Below, one piece after another: positions 46,461-56,417 of a DNA stretch of 64,000 bases. How positions within the stretch are numbered: position 1 is the first letter of the stretch; every line of letters starts with the position of its first letter. The notes under the pieces were generated by a model that saw nothing but the letters and a program-made list of their open reading frames with translations, was not told the origin of the DNA and did not search any database. Source of the stretch: an uncultured delta proteobacterium (GTDB taxonomy: Bacteria > Desulfobacterota > RBG-13-43-22); contig CAWJJC010000028.1 in NCBI GenBank assembly GCA_963843145.1, positions 192,001-256,000 of the forward strand. The letters are read 5' to 3'. The position numbers and the translations under genes were made by a program.

Positions 46461-48440
46461 ATGACTGGACCACAATCAATACCTGAACCTCTTCTCGATA
46501 CCCCGGACAAGGTTATCTTGGTGGGAAATCCCAATGTGGGGAAGAGCGTCATTTTCAATTACCTGACCGGGGCCTACCGGGTGGTTTCCAACTATCCGGG
46601 GACCACGGTGGAGGTCTCCTCCGGGTCGTGCGGGCATAAGGATCACCAATTTACCATTCTGGATACCCCGGGGATCAACAATCTCACTCCCAATTCAGAA
46701 GATGAAAAGGTTACCCGGGATATCCTGCTGGCGGAGAAAAACTATACCGTGCTATCCGTGCTGGATGCCAAGAATCTAAACCGGGGTCTGACCATCACCC
46801 TGCAGCTTATCGAAATGGGACTGCCTCTGGTATTGGCGCTCAACATGGTGGACGAGGCCAAAAGCCGGGGTATAGAGATCCAGCATCCAATCCTGGAGGA
46901 AATCCTGGGAGTGAAGGTGCTTCCCACGGTGGCCACCCGGAAGAAGGGTCTCGACCAGATTCTCCCCAACCTGCTCAGGACCAATAAATCAACCTATCGT
47001 TTCACTTACTCGGCCTTGATCGAAGAAGCGGTTGAACAGTTAGTACCCCTGCTTCCGCCGGCCCCGATCAGCGGCCGTTCCTTGGCCTTGATGCTTCTTT
47101 CCGGAGACGAAACCCTGAGGCCCTGGCTGGAAAAAAATTTAAAGGCGGCGGCCATCCTGGAGGTCGAAAAGATCTGCGTCCGCTACCAGCGCCTGTACTC
47201 GGAGCCCATCGGGTATCGGATCAACGTAGAGCGATTGGAACAGGTGGAGGCCTTATTGTCGCGGATTTTGTCCAAGCGTCAAGGAGCCGCTCAGGCCTGG
47301 GGGCAACGGTTAGGGGATCTCTCCACCCACCCGCTGTATGGTTGGATCGGTCTGGGCCTGGTCCTTTACCTTTCCTATTGGATCATCGGGGTTCTGGGGG
47401 CGGACCTGGCCGTGGGTTTCATGGAAGATGTTGTTTTTGGGACCTACATTAACCCTTGGGTTTCCCGTTGGTTTAAGGTCTTCATCCCCTGGGTTTTCAT
47501 CCAAGAACTATTTGTGGGACCCTACGGGATCCTGACCATGGCCTTGACCTATGCCCTGGCTCTGATCCTGCCGATCGTCACTTTTTTCTTCCTGATTTTC
47601 GGTTTTCTGGAGGATTCCGGCTACCTGCCAAGGCTGGCGGTCATGAGCAACCGGGTCTTCCGCTTAATGGGGCTGAACGGGAAAGCCATTCTGCCCATGA
47701 TTCTGGGGCTGGGCTGCGACACTATGGCCACCATGACCACTCGGATCTTGGAAACTCCCAAAGATAAGATCATCGTCACCCTGCTCCTGGCCCTGGGAGT
47801 TCCCTGTTCGGCCCAACTGGCCGTGGTCCTGGGCATGCTCTCCGGGTTTTCCGTCTGGGTCATCATATTTTGGGTAGTGATTATCGTCGGCGTGATTATT
47901 CTAGTGGGATTTCTGGCGGCCCGGGTAATACCGGGAGAGAGCACGCAATTTATCCTGGAACTGCCCCCGCTGCGCTGGCCCCAATTCAGTAATATTCTGA
48001 TCAAGACCCTGTCTCGCCTGGAGTGGTATCTCCGGGAGGCGGTCCCCCTGTTTATTTTAGGGACCTTGCTGCTTTTCGCCTTGAACAAAACAGGGTCCCT
48101 GGCGGCGTTGGAGCGCTGGGCTACCCCGATAGTGGTCCAATGGCTGGGTTTGCCGGCCCAAACCACCGGCTCATTTCTCCTCGGGTTTCTGAGAAGAGAC
48201 TACGGAGCGGCCGGTTTATTTACCCTGGCCCGGCAGGGCCTTTTGGATCAGAATCAGGTCCTGGTGGCTTTGGTGACCATCACCCTCTTTGTCCCCTGCG
48301 TAGCCAATTTTTTTATGATGATCAAGGAACGGGGTTGGAAGGTGGCCCTGGGCATTGCCTTGGTGGTCGTCGTGATCGCCCTGCTGGTGGGGGGGCTATT
48401 GCACTGGGCCCTGTTCTTTTCGGGCTGGAAGATCGGTTAG
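46461..48440 (+). CDS. feoB: Ferrous iron transporter FeoB
   Basis: GNPNVGKS, NYPGTTVE, DTPG, EDSGYLPR, PCSAQ. Confidence 0.95.
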   Translation: MTGPQSIPEPLLDTPDKVILVGNPNVGKSVIFNYLTGAYRVVSNYPGTTVEVSSGSCGHKDHQFTILDTPGINNLTPNSEDEKVTRDILLAEKNYTVLSVLDAKNLNRGLTITLQLIEMGLPLVLALNMVDEAKSRGIEIQHPILEEILGVKVLPTVATRKKGLDQILPNLLRTNKSTYRFTYSALIEEAVEQLVPLLPPAPISGRSLALMLLSGDETLRPWLEKNLKAAAILEVEKICVRYQRLYSEPIGYRINVERLEQVEALLSRILSKRQGAAQAWGQRLGDLSTHPLYGWIGLGLVLYLSYWIIGVLGADLAVGFMEDVVFGTYINPWVSRWFKVFIPWVFIQELFVGPYGILTMALTYALALILPIVTFFFLIFGFLEDSGYLPRLAVMSNRVFRLMGLNGKAILPMILGLGCDTMATMTTRILETPKDKIIVTLLLALGVPCSAQLAVVLGMLSGFSVWVIIFWVVIIVGVIILVGFLAARVIPGESTQFILELPPLRWPQFSNILIKTLSRLEWYLREAVPLFILGTLLLFALNKTGSLAALERWATPIVVQWLGLPAQTTGSFLLGFLRRDYGAAGLFTLARQGLLDQNQVLVALVTITLFVPCVANFFMMIKERGWKVALGIALVVVVIALLVGGLLHWALFFSGWKIG

Positions 48441-48496
48441 TATGATAATAGATTCTTGCCTCCATTGGATGAATTGGGGGATGATCACTGAAAAGA

Positions 48497-48529
48497 ATGA
48501 ACATCGAACATCGAACGCCCAACATCGAA
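48497..48529. repeat. AACATCG heptamer array (inverted partner at 49847-49873)
   Basis: tgaacatcgaacatcgaacgcccaacatcgaa. Confidence 0.7.
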
Positions 48530-48638
48530 GGCTTAATGGGAAAAATTGATTAATTATTAATATCCTATGGTGAGGGTGTTGTTTTGCCCTTATATTTTCA
48601 GGCCTCACGGGTGCCCTCGCGGGGCAGAGGGAGGCTGG

Positions 48639-48848
48639 GTGGAATCTCCGGAACGGTACCACTGTCCTTTGTGCGGTCACGAATTTGTTTTTAATCCGAG
48701 CAGTTGCCAAGGCGCTTGCCCCCTGGGGAAGCACTGCAACCTGGTTTGCTGCCCCAACTGCCGCTACAGTTTTCCCAAGGATTCCAAAATCGTTACCCTG
48801 ATAAAAAAGATATTCAAGAAAGGGAAGGGCCATGTCACCTCTTCATGA
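48639..48848 (+). CDS. Small Cys-rich protein in the feo operon
   Basis: GGAGG RBS + GTG; CPLC..CQGACP..C..CCPNC. Confidence 0.72.
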   Translation: MESPERYHCPLCGHEFVFNPSSCQGACPLGKHCNLVCCPNCRYSFPKDSKIVTLIKKIFKKGKGHVTSS

Positions 48849-49554
48849 TCACACCGAAAAAAACGGCCAGGGCCTTCATTGGCATGGCGGGCGTATTCTC
48901 AAGACTCAGGAGGAAGGGATTGATGAGCTCCTGGAACTGATCTGGACCCTGCGGGAGAAGGGCCTTACGAGTCTCTCTGACCTACTGGCGCAGGCCCGGG
49001 ACCCGGAGGCCCGAGCCATCGTTCGGCAAATGACCACTGAAGGCCTGGTGGAAGTGGAAAGGGAGGTCCTCCGGTTGAGTGAAAAAGGAGAGCTCCTGGC
49101 GGAAGGAATCATCCGCCGCCATCGGCTGACCGAGCGACTGCTCATGGAATTGTTCGAGCTCTCCGAGGAGGAGGCCGAATCCGAGGCCTGTAAACTGGAG
49201 CACCTGCTCAGTCCGGCGGTCACGGACAGCGTCTGCTCTTTTTTGGGGCACCCGCCGGTTTGTCCTCATGGAAAACCGATTCCCAAGGGGCCCTGCTGTC
49301 ATAAGCTGACCCGGCAGGTCCAGCCCCTGATCCAGCCCCTGACCAATCTGGAACTGGGTCGGGAAGGAAAGGTGGTCTTTATTTCCACCCGGGTCAAAGG
49401 GCGGCTGGAACCGCTTAGTGCCCTGGGGATTATACCGGGTACCGTTATTCAGCTTAAGCAGCGACGGCCCTCCTACGTGATTCAAATCGGTGAGACTTCG
49501 GTAGCTTTGGACGAACAAATCGTCCGGGAGATTTACGTTAGGACGGTAGTCTGA
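48832..49554 (+). CDS. DtxR/MntR-family metalloregulator with C-terminal FeoA domain
   Basis: RRHRLTERLL, ACKLEH, GHPPVCPHGKPIP, LGIIPG. Confidence 0.9.
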   Translation: MSPLHDHTEKNGQGLHWHGGRILKTQEEGIDELLELIWTLREKGLTSLSDLLAQARDPEARAIVRQMTTEGLVEVEREVLRLSEKGELLAEGIIRRHRLTERLLMELFELSEEEAESEACKLEHLLSPAVTDSVCSFLGHPPVCPHGKPIPKGPCCHKLTRQVQPLIQPLTNLELGREGKVVFISTRVKGRLEPLSALGIIPGTVIQLKQRRPSYVIQIGETSVALDEQIVREIYVRTVV

Positions 49555-49653
49555 TTTTACGTTTTTTCCGAAATTTTATTTTTAGCTAACCCTTACTGCC
49601 CGGGGCGGGCACACCGAAGCATGAAAACAGGCTTTTAACGGGTCGAGTCAGCT

Positions 49654-49743
49654 CGTCATTCCGGACAAGCGAAGCGCGATCCGGAATCCAGGCCTCAGTT
49701 AAGCCTCAATGGACCTGGATGCCGGATCGAGTCCGGCATGACG
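49654..49743. repeat. GTCATTCCGG-type double-hairpin REP element
   Basis: cgtcattccgga..tccggaatccagg ... cctggatgccgga..tccggcatgacg. Confidence 0.8.
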
Positions 49744-49874
49744 GCAAAAAACTGAGGCCTAAAAAGCATTGGTAGATTCTATTTTCGTATTGTTGAGCGT
49801 CGAACCTTCAAGATCAAAGGTTGAATGGAGGTTCGTTTTCATTCGAGGTTGGAAGTTCGATGTTCGACGTTCAG

Positions 49875-50705
49875 TCATCGGTTTTTCCTGCGTGCAGCTA
49901 AACTAAGGTAGCGCTTCCCTTCCTCGATCTTCCCCCGTTTCAGACACCCTTGCCCGTAGATCCGGCATTTACGGTCCAGCTCCTGCCAGGCCAAATCATA
50001 TTGCCGGGGTGACAGCAGCCCGGAGTCGAGTAATTTCCCCAGCGACTGGATACGGTAGCGGTCCAGGGAGGCCAGACAACGGGAGAGCTGGTCTGGGTGC
50101 CCCCCGCGTTTGACCACCAGCGGCTCCTCGATCAGGAATACCGGTTTCCGGCAGGAGATCCGCAGCCAGAGGTCGTAATCTTCACAGGCCGGAAGGGACT
50201 GATCGAAAAAACCCACTTCCTTGAGCAGGCTCATTTTCAGCATCACGGCCGAGGGACTGACCAGGCAGAGCGATAAAGAAGGAGCAAAGATGTCCCCCGA
50301 AGGTTTCCGATGTTTTTTCCTGGGGTTCACCCGGCGGCCGTGCCGAATCCAGATTTCCTCGGTCTGGCAGATTTCCGCCCAGGGGTTCCGGTGTAGGAAA
50401 TCGACCTGGGTTTCCAGTTTTTGTGGAAGCCAGAGGTCATCCGAATCGAGAAAGGCCAGCCACTTCCCGGCGGCCATTTTCAGGCCCCGGTTCCGGGCGG
50501 CGCTGACTCCCTGCCGGGTCTGGTAAACAACCCTCAGGCGATCCCCATAAAGACCGAGCCCTTCCCGGGTAGTATCGGTGGAGCCGTCGTCCACCACAAT
50601 TAATTCAAAATCCCGAAAAGTCTGGGCCAGCACCGAATCGATGGCCTCCCGGACCCAGGTCGCCCGGTTGAAGGTGGGGATGATCACGCTGACCAGGGGA
50701 GGCAT
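49875..50705 (-). CDS. Glycosyltransferase family 2
   Basis: SVIIPTFN, VDDGSTD, FLDSDD, CEDYDLWLR. Confidence 0.92.
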   Translation of the reverse strand: MPPLVSVIIPTFNRATWVREAIDSVLAQTFRDFELIVVDDGSTDTTREGLGLYGDRLRVVYQTRQGVSAARNRGLKMAAGKWLAFLDSDDLWLPQKLETQVDFLHRNPWAEICQTEEIWIRHGRRVNPRKKHRKPSGDIFAPSLSLCLVSPSAVMLKMSLLKEVGFFDQSLPACEDYDLWLRISCRKPVFLIEEPLVVKRGGHPDQLSRCLASLDRYRIQSLGKLLDSGLLSPRQYDLAWQELDRKCRIYGQGCLKRGKIEEGKRYLSLAARRKNR

Positions 50706-50741
50706 AAGGAGTATCGTCAGGCCAGGTTGGGGGGGTAAGCC

Positions 50742-50930
50742 AAATCCGAAATCCGAAATCCGAAATCCGAAACAAATTCAAATGAACGAAATCCGAAATT
50801 CAAAACCATCTGCCCCGGAAGCACAACAATCCCCCCAAGGGAGAGGATGTAAAGTTTACCCCGTCCCGGACGGGGAGGAGAATTCGTTTCGGTCATTTGG
50901 GTTTTGGACATTGCCGTTTGTTTCGAATTT
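50742..50930. repeat. AAATCCG heptamer array with a degenerate inverted arm
   Basis: (aaatccg)4 aaacaaattc ... tttgtttcgaattt. Confidence 0.75.
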
Positions 50931-50937
50931 TCACCCG

Positions 50938-52662
50938 TCAGGGGACGATCAAGGCCAGTAGCCCGGAGAGAATAAAAGTGAATTCCACCAGGGCCTCAAA
51001 ATAAATCCCTCCGGGTAAGGCGTATTTTTTCTCAAAAAGAATCAGGAATAAAAAGAGGTAGGCCGCGGGAAGGAGGAGCCAGAGCCCGAAACCGGGGATC
51101 CGTCCCATCAGGGTGAGCAGAATTAGCAGGGATAAGGTGACGGCGCCCAACCCTTCCAGCAATTTTAAGGTTTTCTTCTCTCCGATCAGGATCGGCAGGG
51201 TTTCCTTGCCCACAATTAAGTCCCCCTGGATATCGAGGATATCAAAAAGGCCGGAGCGAACATAGACCAGGCTGCAGATGATAAACAAAATAAAGAAGAT
51301 ATTCGGATCGGTCCAGGTTTTTTCGGCCAGGACCGGGATCAGGGTGGTGACCCCGCCCCAGCCTAAAGCCACGGACAAGGATTTGGAGGCGGGGATGTCC
51401 TTGATTTTTTTTAATCCGGAAAAATGCCCCCGGGTGGGGAGGATGCGAAAACTGTAAAGGATTCCTAAAATAGTCATGGCCGAAAGGAGCGTAAAAGGGA
51501 GCCAGCCCAAACGCCAGGTAAAAAACAGCGAGAGGACGGCCGCGCCGACACCGGTGGTCATGAAAAGTCCTCGATGCCGCTGGTAGAGGAGAGAGCGATC
51601 CGGGTCGTTGTATTCGGCCGCTTCGGTATCCAGGAGGTGATTCAGGATGTGCAGGGCATAGATATGGAGAAAGGTGATGCTAAAATAGAGGCCGCTCAAG
51701 GGCATCTGCCGGAGCCGGGAAGAGGCCAGGCTTAAGCCGGCGGCTCCCAGGGCCACCAGCAGGTTGCCCTTTAGAAGGATCCGGACCAGGTTGAAAAGGA
51801 TGGCCCGTAAGGGGGAAACGCTTTGGCTGCGGATGGATTCCACTTCCTGGACTACTTTTCGGATCATCCAATTGGGCGTCGAAGCCCCGGCCGTGACCCC
51901 GATGGTTTTCATCCGGCTTAATCTTTCGCGGTCCACTTGCTGTTCCGATTCCACCTGGTCGCAGGAGGTGCCGACCGAGCGGGCGATTCCTACCAGACGC
52001 CGGGTATTCCCGCTGTTAAACCCTCCGACCACCACCAGGCCGTCCACCTCCCGGGCCAACTGCCGGACCTCTCGCTGGCGTTCATGGGTGGCGTTACAGA
52101 TAGTATTGAAGACCTTCAGGTCGGGATAGCGGCGTGCTAAGGCCTCAACCACCTGCTGAAAGAGGGTTTCGTCCTGGGTGGTCTGGGCTACTACGATCAC
52201 CCGGTCTAAAGGGGGCAGTTGCTCCAGTTGCCGGAGATCGGAAATGACGATCCCTTTATCTTCAGAGTAACCCAGAAGCCCGATGACTTCGGGATGATCC
52301 TGATCCCCGACGATAATGGGGGTGTAGCCCTCCTCGGCGTAGCGTTTGATAATGGCCTGGACTTTGATGACCCGAGGGCAGGTGGCGTCGATGACCCGGA
52401 AGCCGGCCTGTTCGAGTTTTTCAAATTCCTGAGGCGGAACGCCGTGGGCCCGGATGATCACCGTCCCCGGTTTTTCAACGGAAGGGTCGCCCAGAACCGT
52501 AATCCCTTTTTTCTCCAGCATGCGCAGGACCTGGGGATTGTGGATCAGGGGGCCGTGGGTGTAAATAGGATCCTGGTGGCGGTGGGCGGCCTCCAGGACG
52601 ATTTCCATGGCCCGTCGCACCCCCATGCAGAACCCGGCGGTTTTAGCTAAGCGGACTTTCAA
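50938..52662 (-). CDS. ispH: HMBPP reductase IspH fused to a UbiA-like membrane domain
   Basis: GFCMGV, IHN, DATCP, NTICNAT, GASTP; C-terminal multi-TM region with DILDIQGD. Confidence 0.92.
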   Translation of the reverse strand: MKVRLAKTAGFCMGVRRAMEIVLEAAHRHQDPIYTHGPLIHNPQVLRMLEKKGITVLGDPSVEKPGTVIIRAHGVPPQEFEKLEQAGFRVIDATCPRVIKVQAIIKRYAEEGYTPIIVGDQDHPEVIGLLGYSEDKGIVISDLRQLEQLPPLDRVIVVAQTTQDETLFQQVVEALARRYPDLKVFNTICNATHERQREVRQLAREVDGLVVVGGFNSGNTRRLVGIARSVGTSCDQVESEQQVDRERLSRMKTIGVTAGASTPNWMIRKVVQEVESIRSQSVSPLRAILFNLVRILLKGNLLVALGAAGLSLASSRLRQMPLSGLYFSITFLHIYALHILNHLLDTEAAEYNDPDRSLLYQRHRGLFMTTGVGAAVLSLFFTWRLGWLPFTLLSAMTILGILYSFRILPTRGHFSGLKKIKDIPASKSLSVALGWGGVTTLIPVLAEKTWTDPNIFFILFIICSLVYVRSGLFDILDIQGDLIVGKETLPILIGEKKTLKLLEGLGAVTLSLLILLTLMGRIPGFGLWLLLPAAYLFLFLILFEKKYALPGGIYFEALVEFTFILSGLLALIVP

Positions 52663-53635
52663 AGGGGACGATCCCTTCTAATTCGACGAAGTACAGGTTA
52701 AAAAGTTCCTGCAATGTTTCCTGCGTCCGGGCCAAACCCACCTGTTGCCGGAATTGGCCGCTCCCCGGAAGGCCCCGGGTGAGCACGAACAAGGCGCGCC
52801 TCAAGGCCTTGATCTGTGCGTTTCCCTGATAATGATCCAGGATCCAGCGGCGGTATTCGTCGACCAGATCTCTCCGGGCTTTGAGGTCGGGGTCGACCAC
52901 CGGAAGACCCGCCTTCAGGGCCTCGATCTGCCTGAAAATCCAGGGGGCCCGGAGGGCCTGGCGACCGATCATGACCCCGTCGCAGCCGGTCTCCTTAATG
53001 AAGGTCAGGGCCTGAGCGGCGTTTAGGATATCCCCGTTGCCGATCACCGGAATGGTGAGCCTTTTTTTAAATTCGCCCACCAGCGCCCAGTCAGCTTGTC
53101 CGGTGAAACCTTGCACCGCCCAGCGGGGGTGCAAAGCCACAGCGGCAAAACCGCAATCCTCGGCCATTTGGGCCACGAGCATTCCGGTCGGTTCTTCCGG
53201 GCGCCAACCCGGTCGGAGCTTGACGGTTAGGGGGAGGGTGGTGGCTTGCCGGACGGCCTTGAAAATAGCTTGCGCCCGGGAAGGGTCTTTCAGCAGGGCC
53301 GAGCCCGCCCCGGTCTTAACCACTTTTTTTACCGGACAGCCCAGGTTGAGGTCGATGATATCCGCCCCCCAGTCCTCCAGGTAGGCGGCCGCCCGGGCCA
53401 AGGCCTCGGGACGTCCGCCGAAGAGCTGGACGGTCAAGGGATGATCCGCCGGATCTCTTTCGAGCAGTTCCAGGGTCAGGGACTTTTGTCGAAAAAGTCC
53501 TTCGGCGCTGATCATCTCCGTATAGGCCAGCCCGCAGCCCAAGCGCCGGGCCAACAGCCGAAAAGGCAGGTCCGTATAGCCGGCCAGGGGAGCCAGGATA
53601 TAAGGGAGAATGATGGAGTGTTTGCCTATGAACAT
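52643..53635 (-). CDS. dusB: tRNA-dihydrouridine synthase (DusB-like)
   Basis: LAPLAGYTD, NLGCP, GAGSALL, GNGDI, GVMIGR. Confidence 0.88.
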   Translation of the reverse strand: MFIGKHSIILPYILAPLAGYTDLPFRLLARRLGCGLAYTEMISAEGLFRQKSLTLELLERDPADHPLTVQLFGGRPEALARAAAYLEDWGADIIDLNLGCPVKKVVKTGAGSALLKDPSRAQAIFKAVRQATTLPLTVKLRPGWRPEEPTGMLVAQMAEDCGFAAVALHPRWAVQGFTGQADWALVGEFKKRLTIPVIGNGDILNAAQALTFIKETGCDGVMIGRQALRAPWIFRQIEALKAGLPVVDPDLKARRDLVDEYRRWILDHYQGNAQIKALRRALFVLTRGLPGSGQFRQQVGLARTQETLQELFNLYFVELEGIVPFESPLS

Positions 53636-53669
53636 GGGGAAATAGATTTGGGGGAAAATCGATCATTTT

Positions 53670-53907
53670 CCCGATAAGCAGGTAACGGACCTGGTATTGG
53701 TTAAACAGACGGATCAGTCCGTCCACTTGAACCACCCATCCGGGCAATTTCCAGAAGGTACTGTCGCTTCCATTCATTCATCTCCTGGTAGGAGTTGAAT
53801 TTTTTTGCACTGAAAGGCGGCCAGGCCGTCGGTTTGGGAAGTTTCGTAACCCTTGGATGCAAAGCCCAATATCTTATTTTTGCTTCATAATCATCGGTGG
53901 TTTTCAA
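53670..53907 (-). pseudogene. Decayed two-gene module: small antitoxin-like ORF plus 19-codon nucleotidyltransferase stub
   Basis: KKFNSYQEMNEWK..EIARMGG overlaps a GTG-started VDGLIRLFNQYQVRYLLIG (53726-53670) that breaks off. Confidence 0.55.
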
Positions 53908-54053
53908 AAATCAGCCCCAACCCTCTCCAGGAAATTGAAAACGTAGGGTGGATTAACCGAAGCGGATCCACTATCCTTTATCTTAATACATTTTCCTGAG
54001 AAAAATAACAGCAAAAACAGACAGGAAGATCCTGATCTTGACAGCCAGTTTGC

Positions 54054-54082
54054 TTGACTTGACCGGTCCGGAAGTTTATAAT
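54054..54082 (+). promoter_or_regulatory. sigma70 promoter of selC
   Basis: TTGACT-N17-TATAAT. Confidence 0.85.
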
Positions 54083-54092
54083 CCCTTTCTAC

Positions 54093-54189
54093 GGAAGTGG
54101 AAAGCTCACTGGTGGGGCTCCCGGACTTCAAATCCGGTGTGCCGTCTGAGAGGGCGGCAGGTGGGTTCGATTCCCATGCACTTCCGCCA
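54093..54189 (+). tRNA. selC: tRNA-Sec (UCA)
   Basis: 97 nt; GGAAG start, CCGGA-CTTCAAA-TCCGG anticodon arm, long variable arm, GGTTCGATTCC, ends CTTCCGCCA. Confidence 0.96.
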
Positions 54190-54227
54190 GTTTATTCACG
54201 GCAGGATTTGAAGGCGGAGGAATAGGC

Positions 54228-54487
54228 ATGCCCGTTGAATCGAGCGCTCTGTTTTTTAATGTGCTGATAAAAAAAGAGGAAGACTGCTACCTGGCCCCTT
54301 GCCTGGAATTGGACCTCGTAACCACCGCCCCCACGAAAGAGTAGGTGCGGGAAGATATTCCGACGTGATTGCCTGCCAGGTGGACTACGCTTTCGCTCAC
54401 GACAATCTGGATTATCTCTATCACCCGGCCCCGCCGGCGGTGTGGGCGGAATTCTTTTCCTGCCGCGGTCAGTCCGACGAAATCTGA
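54228..54487 (+). pseudogene. HicB-like antitoxin relic (internal TAG and a frameshift)
   Basis: MPVESSALFFNVLIKKEEDCYLAPCLELDLVTTAPTKE*VREDI, then frameshift to DVIACQVDYAFAHDNLDYLYHPAPPAVWAEF; GGAGG RBS. Confidence 0.65.
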
Positions 54488-54749
54488 CGTCCTTCCGAAC
54501 CCCCCGAACGAGCCGTCCCGATCTGGATCATCGCCAAAACCTTTCAGGCCGTTGAAGGTACCCTGTGGCAAAAAGATTACTTTGTTGAAAATTTAGACTA
54601 ATAATCCTTGTTTATCCATGTGGGGTTAACCAATATAATAGATTTTATATTGGTGGTTCACTTTTTGATCCGACAACGGGTGAAACCGACGGGTTAGGAA
54701 TTCTGGCAGGAAATTTTGATCTGTCTGGTCGGACTTGAGATTTATTAGG

Positions 54750-55700
54750 ATGCCTATAATAAGAAAAATTCTGGTTATTAGCACTGCCCTGATGGCTACG
54801 GTCATCATTGGGTTTCTGATTTGGATGAATTTCGCGCCCCAAAAAATGGTTGCAGAGACTATCATTCAATTCCAGCGTACCCGGGCAGGCCTCAAGGCCA
54901 AAGCGATAGAGATTCCGGGATTCCGTGTCGCCTACCTTGAAGGCGGCTTCGGCGATCCCTTAATACTTATTCACGGCAGCGGTGAAGATAAGGACAACTG
55001 GATAGAGGTGTCGAAATATTTAACAAGACACTACCGTGTGATCGCCCCAGACCTGCCCGGCTTTGGTGAGAGCGATAAACCGGCAGGACGTTCTTACGCG
55101 GCGCTGGTCCAAGTGGAGAACGTAAAGGCCTTTGCTCGTGCCTTGGGCCTTAAATCTTTCCATCTCGGAGGCCATTCGCTTGGCGGTAAAATTTCAGCCA
55201 TTTATGCCGCCAAAAACCCTTCCGAAGTAAAGAGCCTCTGGCTGCTGGCTCCGGCCGGGGTGTACTCCTCACAACCGAGCGAGATGCAACAACTTATAAA
55301 CCAGGGAACCAGGATTCCGATTTCCGGCCGGACCTTGAAGGCGTTCGATCAACTGTCTACTTTTGTTATGAAAAAACCTCCTTACCTGCCCCGGCCGGTC
55401 AAAGAACTCCTGATCGAACGCGCTATACTCGATTATGAATTGCATAATAAGATATATGAAGAAATTCATGACGAAGCCTTCGCTCTGGAGGACATCGCCG
55501 AGGAAATAACCATGCCAACCCATATCGTCTGGGGGATTCAAGACCGAATACTCCATCACTCCGGCGCCGATATCCTGGATAGCTTATTGCCGAAATCTTC
55601 CGTATTGATCCTGAAGGGAGTCGGACACGTTCCCATGATTGAGGAGCCCAAACGAGTGGCCGAAGATTATATCGCCTTTAGACAATCGGCTTTAAACTGA
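54750..55700 (+). CDS. Alpha/beta-hydrolase (lipase/esterase), N-terminally anchored
   Basis: LIHG, PDLPGFGES, GHSLGG nucleophile elbow, WGIQD, GHVPMIE. Confidence 0.9.
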   Translation: MPIIRKILVISTALMATVIIGFLIWMNFAPQKMVAETIIQFQRTRAGLKAKAIEIPGFRVAYLEGGFGDPLILIHGSGEDKDNWIEVSKYLTRHYRVIAPDLPGFGESDKPAGRSYAALVQVENVKAFARALGLKSFHLGGHSLGGKISAIYAAKNPSEVKSLWLLAPAGVYSSQPSEMQQLINQGTRIPISGRTLKAFDQLSTFVMKKPPYLPRPVKELLIERAILDYELHNKIYEEIHDEAFALEDIAEEITMPTHIVWGIQDRILHHSGADILDSLLPKSSVLILKGVGHVPMIEEPKRVAEDYIAFRQSALN

Positions 55701-55879
55701 TTGCCTCGCCCTCTTTTTCAAATGCCAGGAAGGAAACAAGAGGGCCTCAGGATGAACAGACTTCAGCCGGGGGCAGAATTGACCGGCCGGGCTAAACGGA
55801 GTTGATTATAACTGAGCTTTATGAGACGATGCCCGTTAATGAGGGTTTCATTACTGTTAATACCAGGTTTGTCGAAACC

Positions 55880-56410
55880 ATGTTTTTCTCCCGTAATACT
55901 GTTTCGCTCTTTTCCTTCCTATTTTTTACCCTGATTCTCGCCCCTCCAGCTTTTGCGAAAGGCGGATCACCCGATCTCCTGGCGGCGAAGGGGAACTCCC
56001 TGGGTCCAGTAGGGCATTCTAACCCGGAAGGCCGGCTCATTTCATTGATAAATCACACCAGAACCAAAATGGGATTGCGGCCCTTGAAGCCTTCCCGACT
56101 TCTGGGGGAAGTGGCTCGGGCCCATAGCCACGACATGAGCGTGAGAAATTTTTTCTCCCACGACAGTCCGGACGGACGGGGTCCAAAGGAGCGATTGGAA
56201 AGGGCGGGATTTTCCTGGAGGGCCTATGGGGAGAATATCGGCTGCGGGCAGGATACCGCGGAGGAAATCCTGCGCACCTGGATGGACAGTTCCTCTCACC
56301 GGGAAAACCTACTGGATCCGGCTTATACGGAAGTCGGCGTTGGCCTGGTCCGGGGCGGCAAATGCTGGACCTACTGGACGGCCTTATTCGCCCGCCCCCG
56401 GGGTCGCTAA
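55880..56410 (+). CDS. Exported CAP/SCP-domain protein
   Basis: ARAHSHDM..FFSH, GENIG, WMDSSSHRENLL. Confidence 0.87.
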   Translation: MFFSRNTVSLFSFLFFTLILAPPAFAKGGSPDLLAAKGNSLGPVGHSNPEGRLISLINHTRTKMGLRPLKPSRLLGEVARAHSHDMSVRNFFSHDSPDGRGPKERLERAGFSWRAYGENIGCGQDTAEEILRTWMDSSSHRENLLDPAYTEVGVGLVRGGKCWTYWTALFARPRGR

Positions 56411-56417
56411 GGGTCTT

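Noticed and set aside
54300-54360. TAG in the HicB-like ORF as pyrrolysine
   Set aside because: It is accompanied by a frameshift, so decay is the simpler explanation
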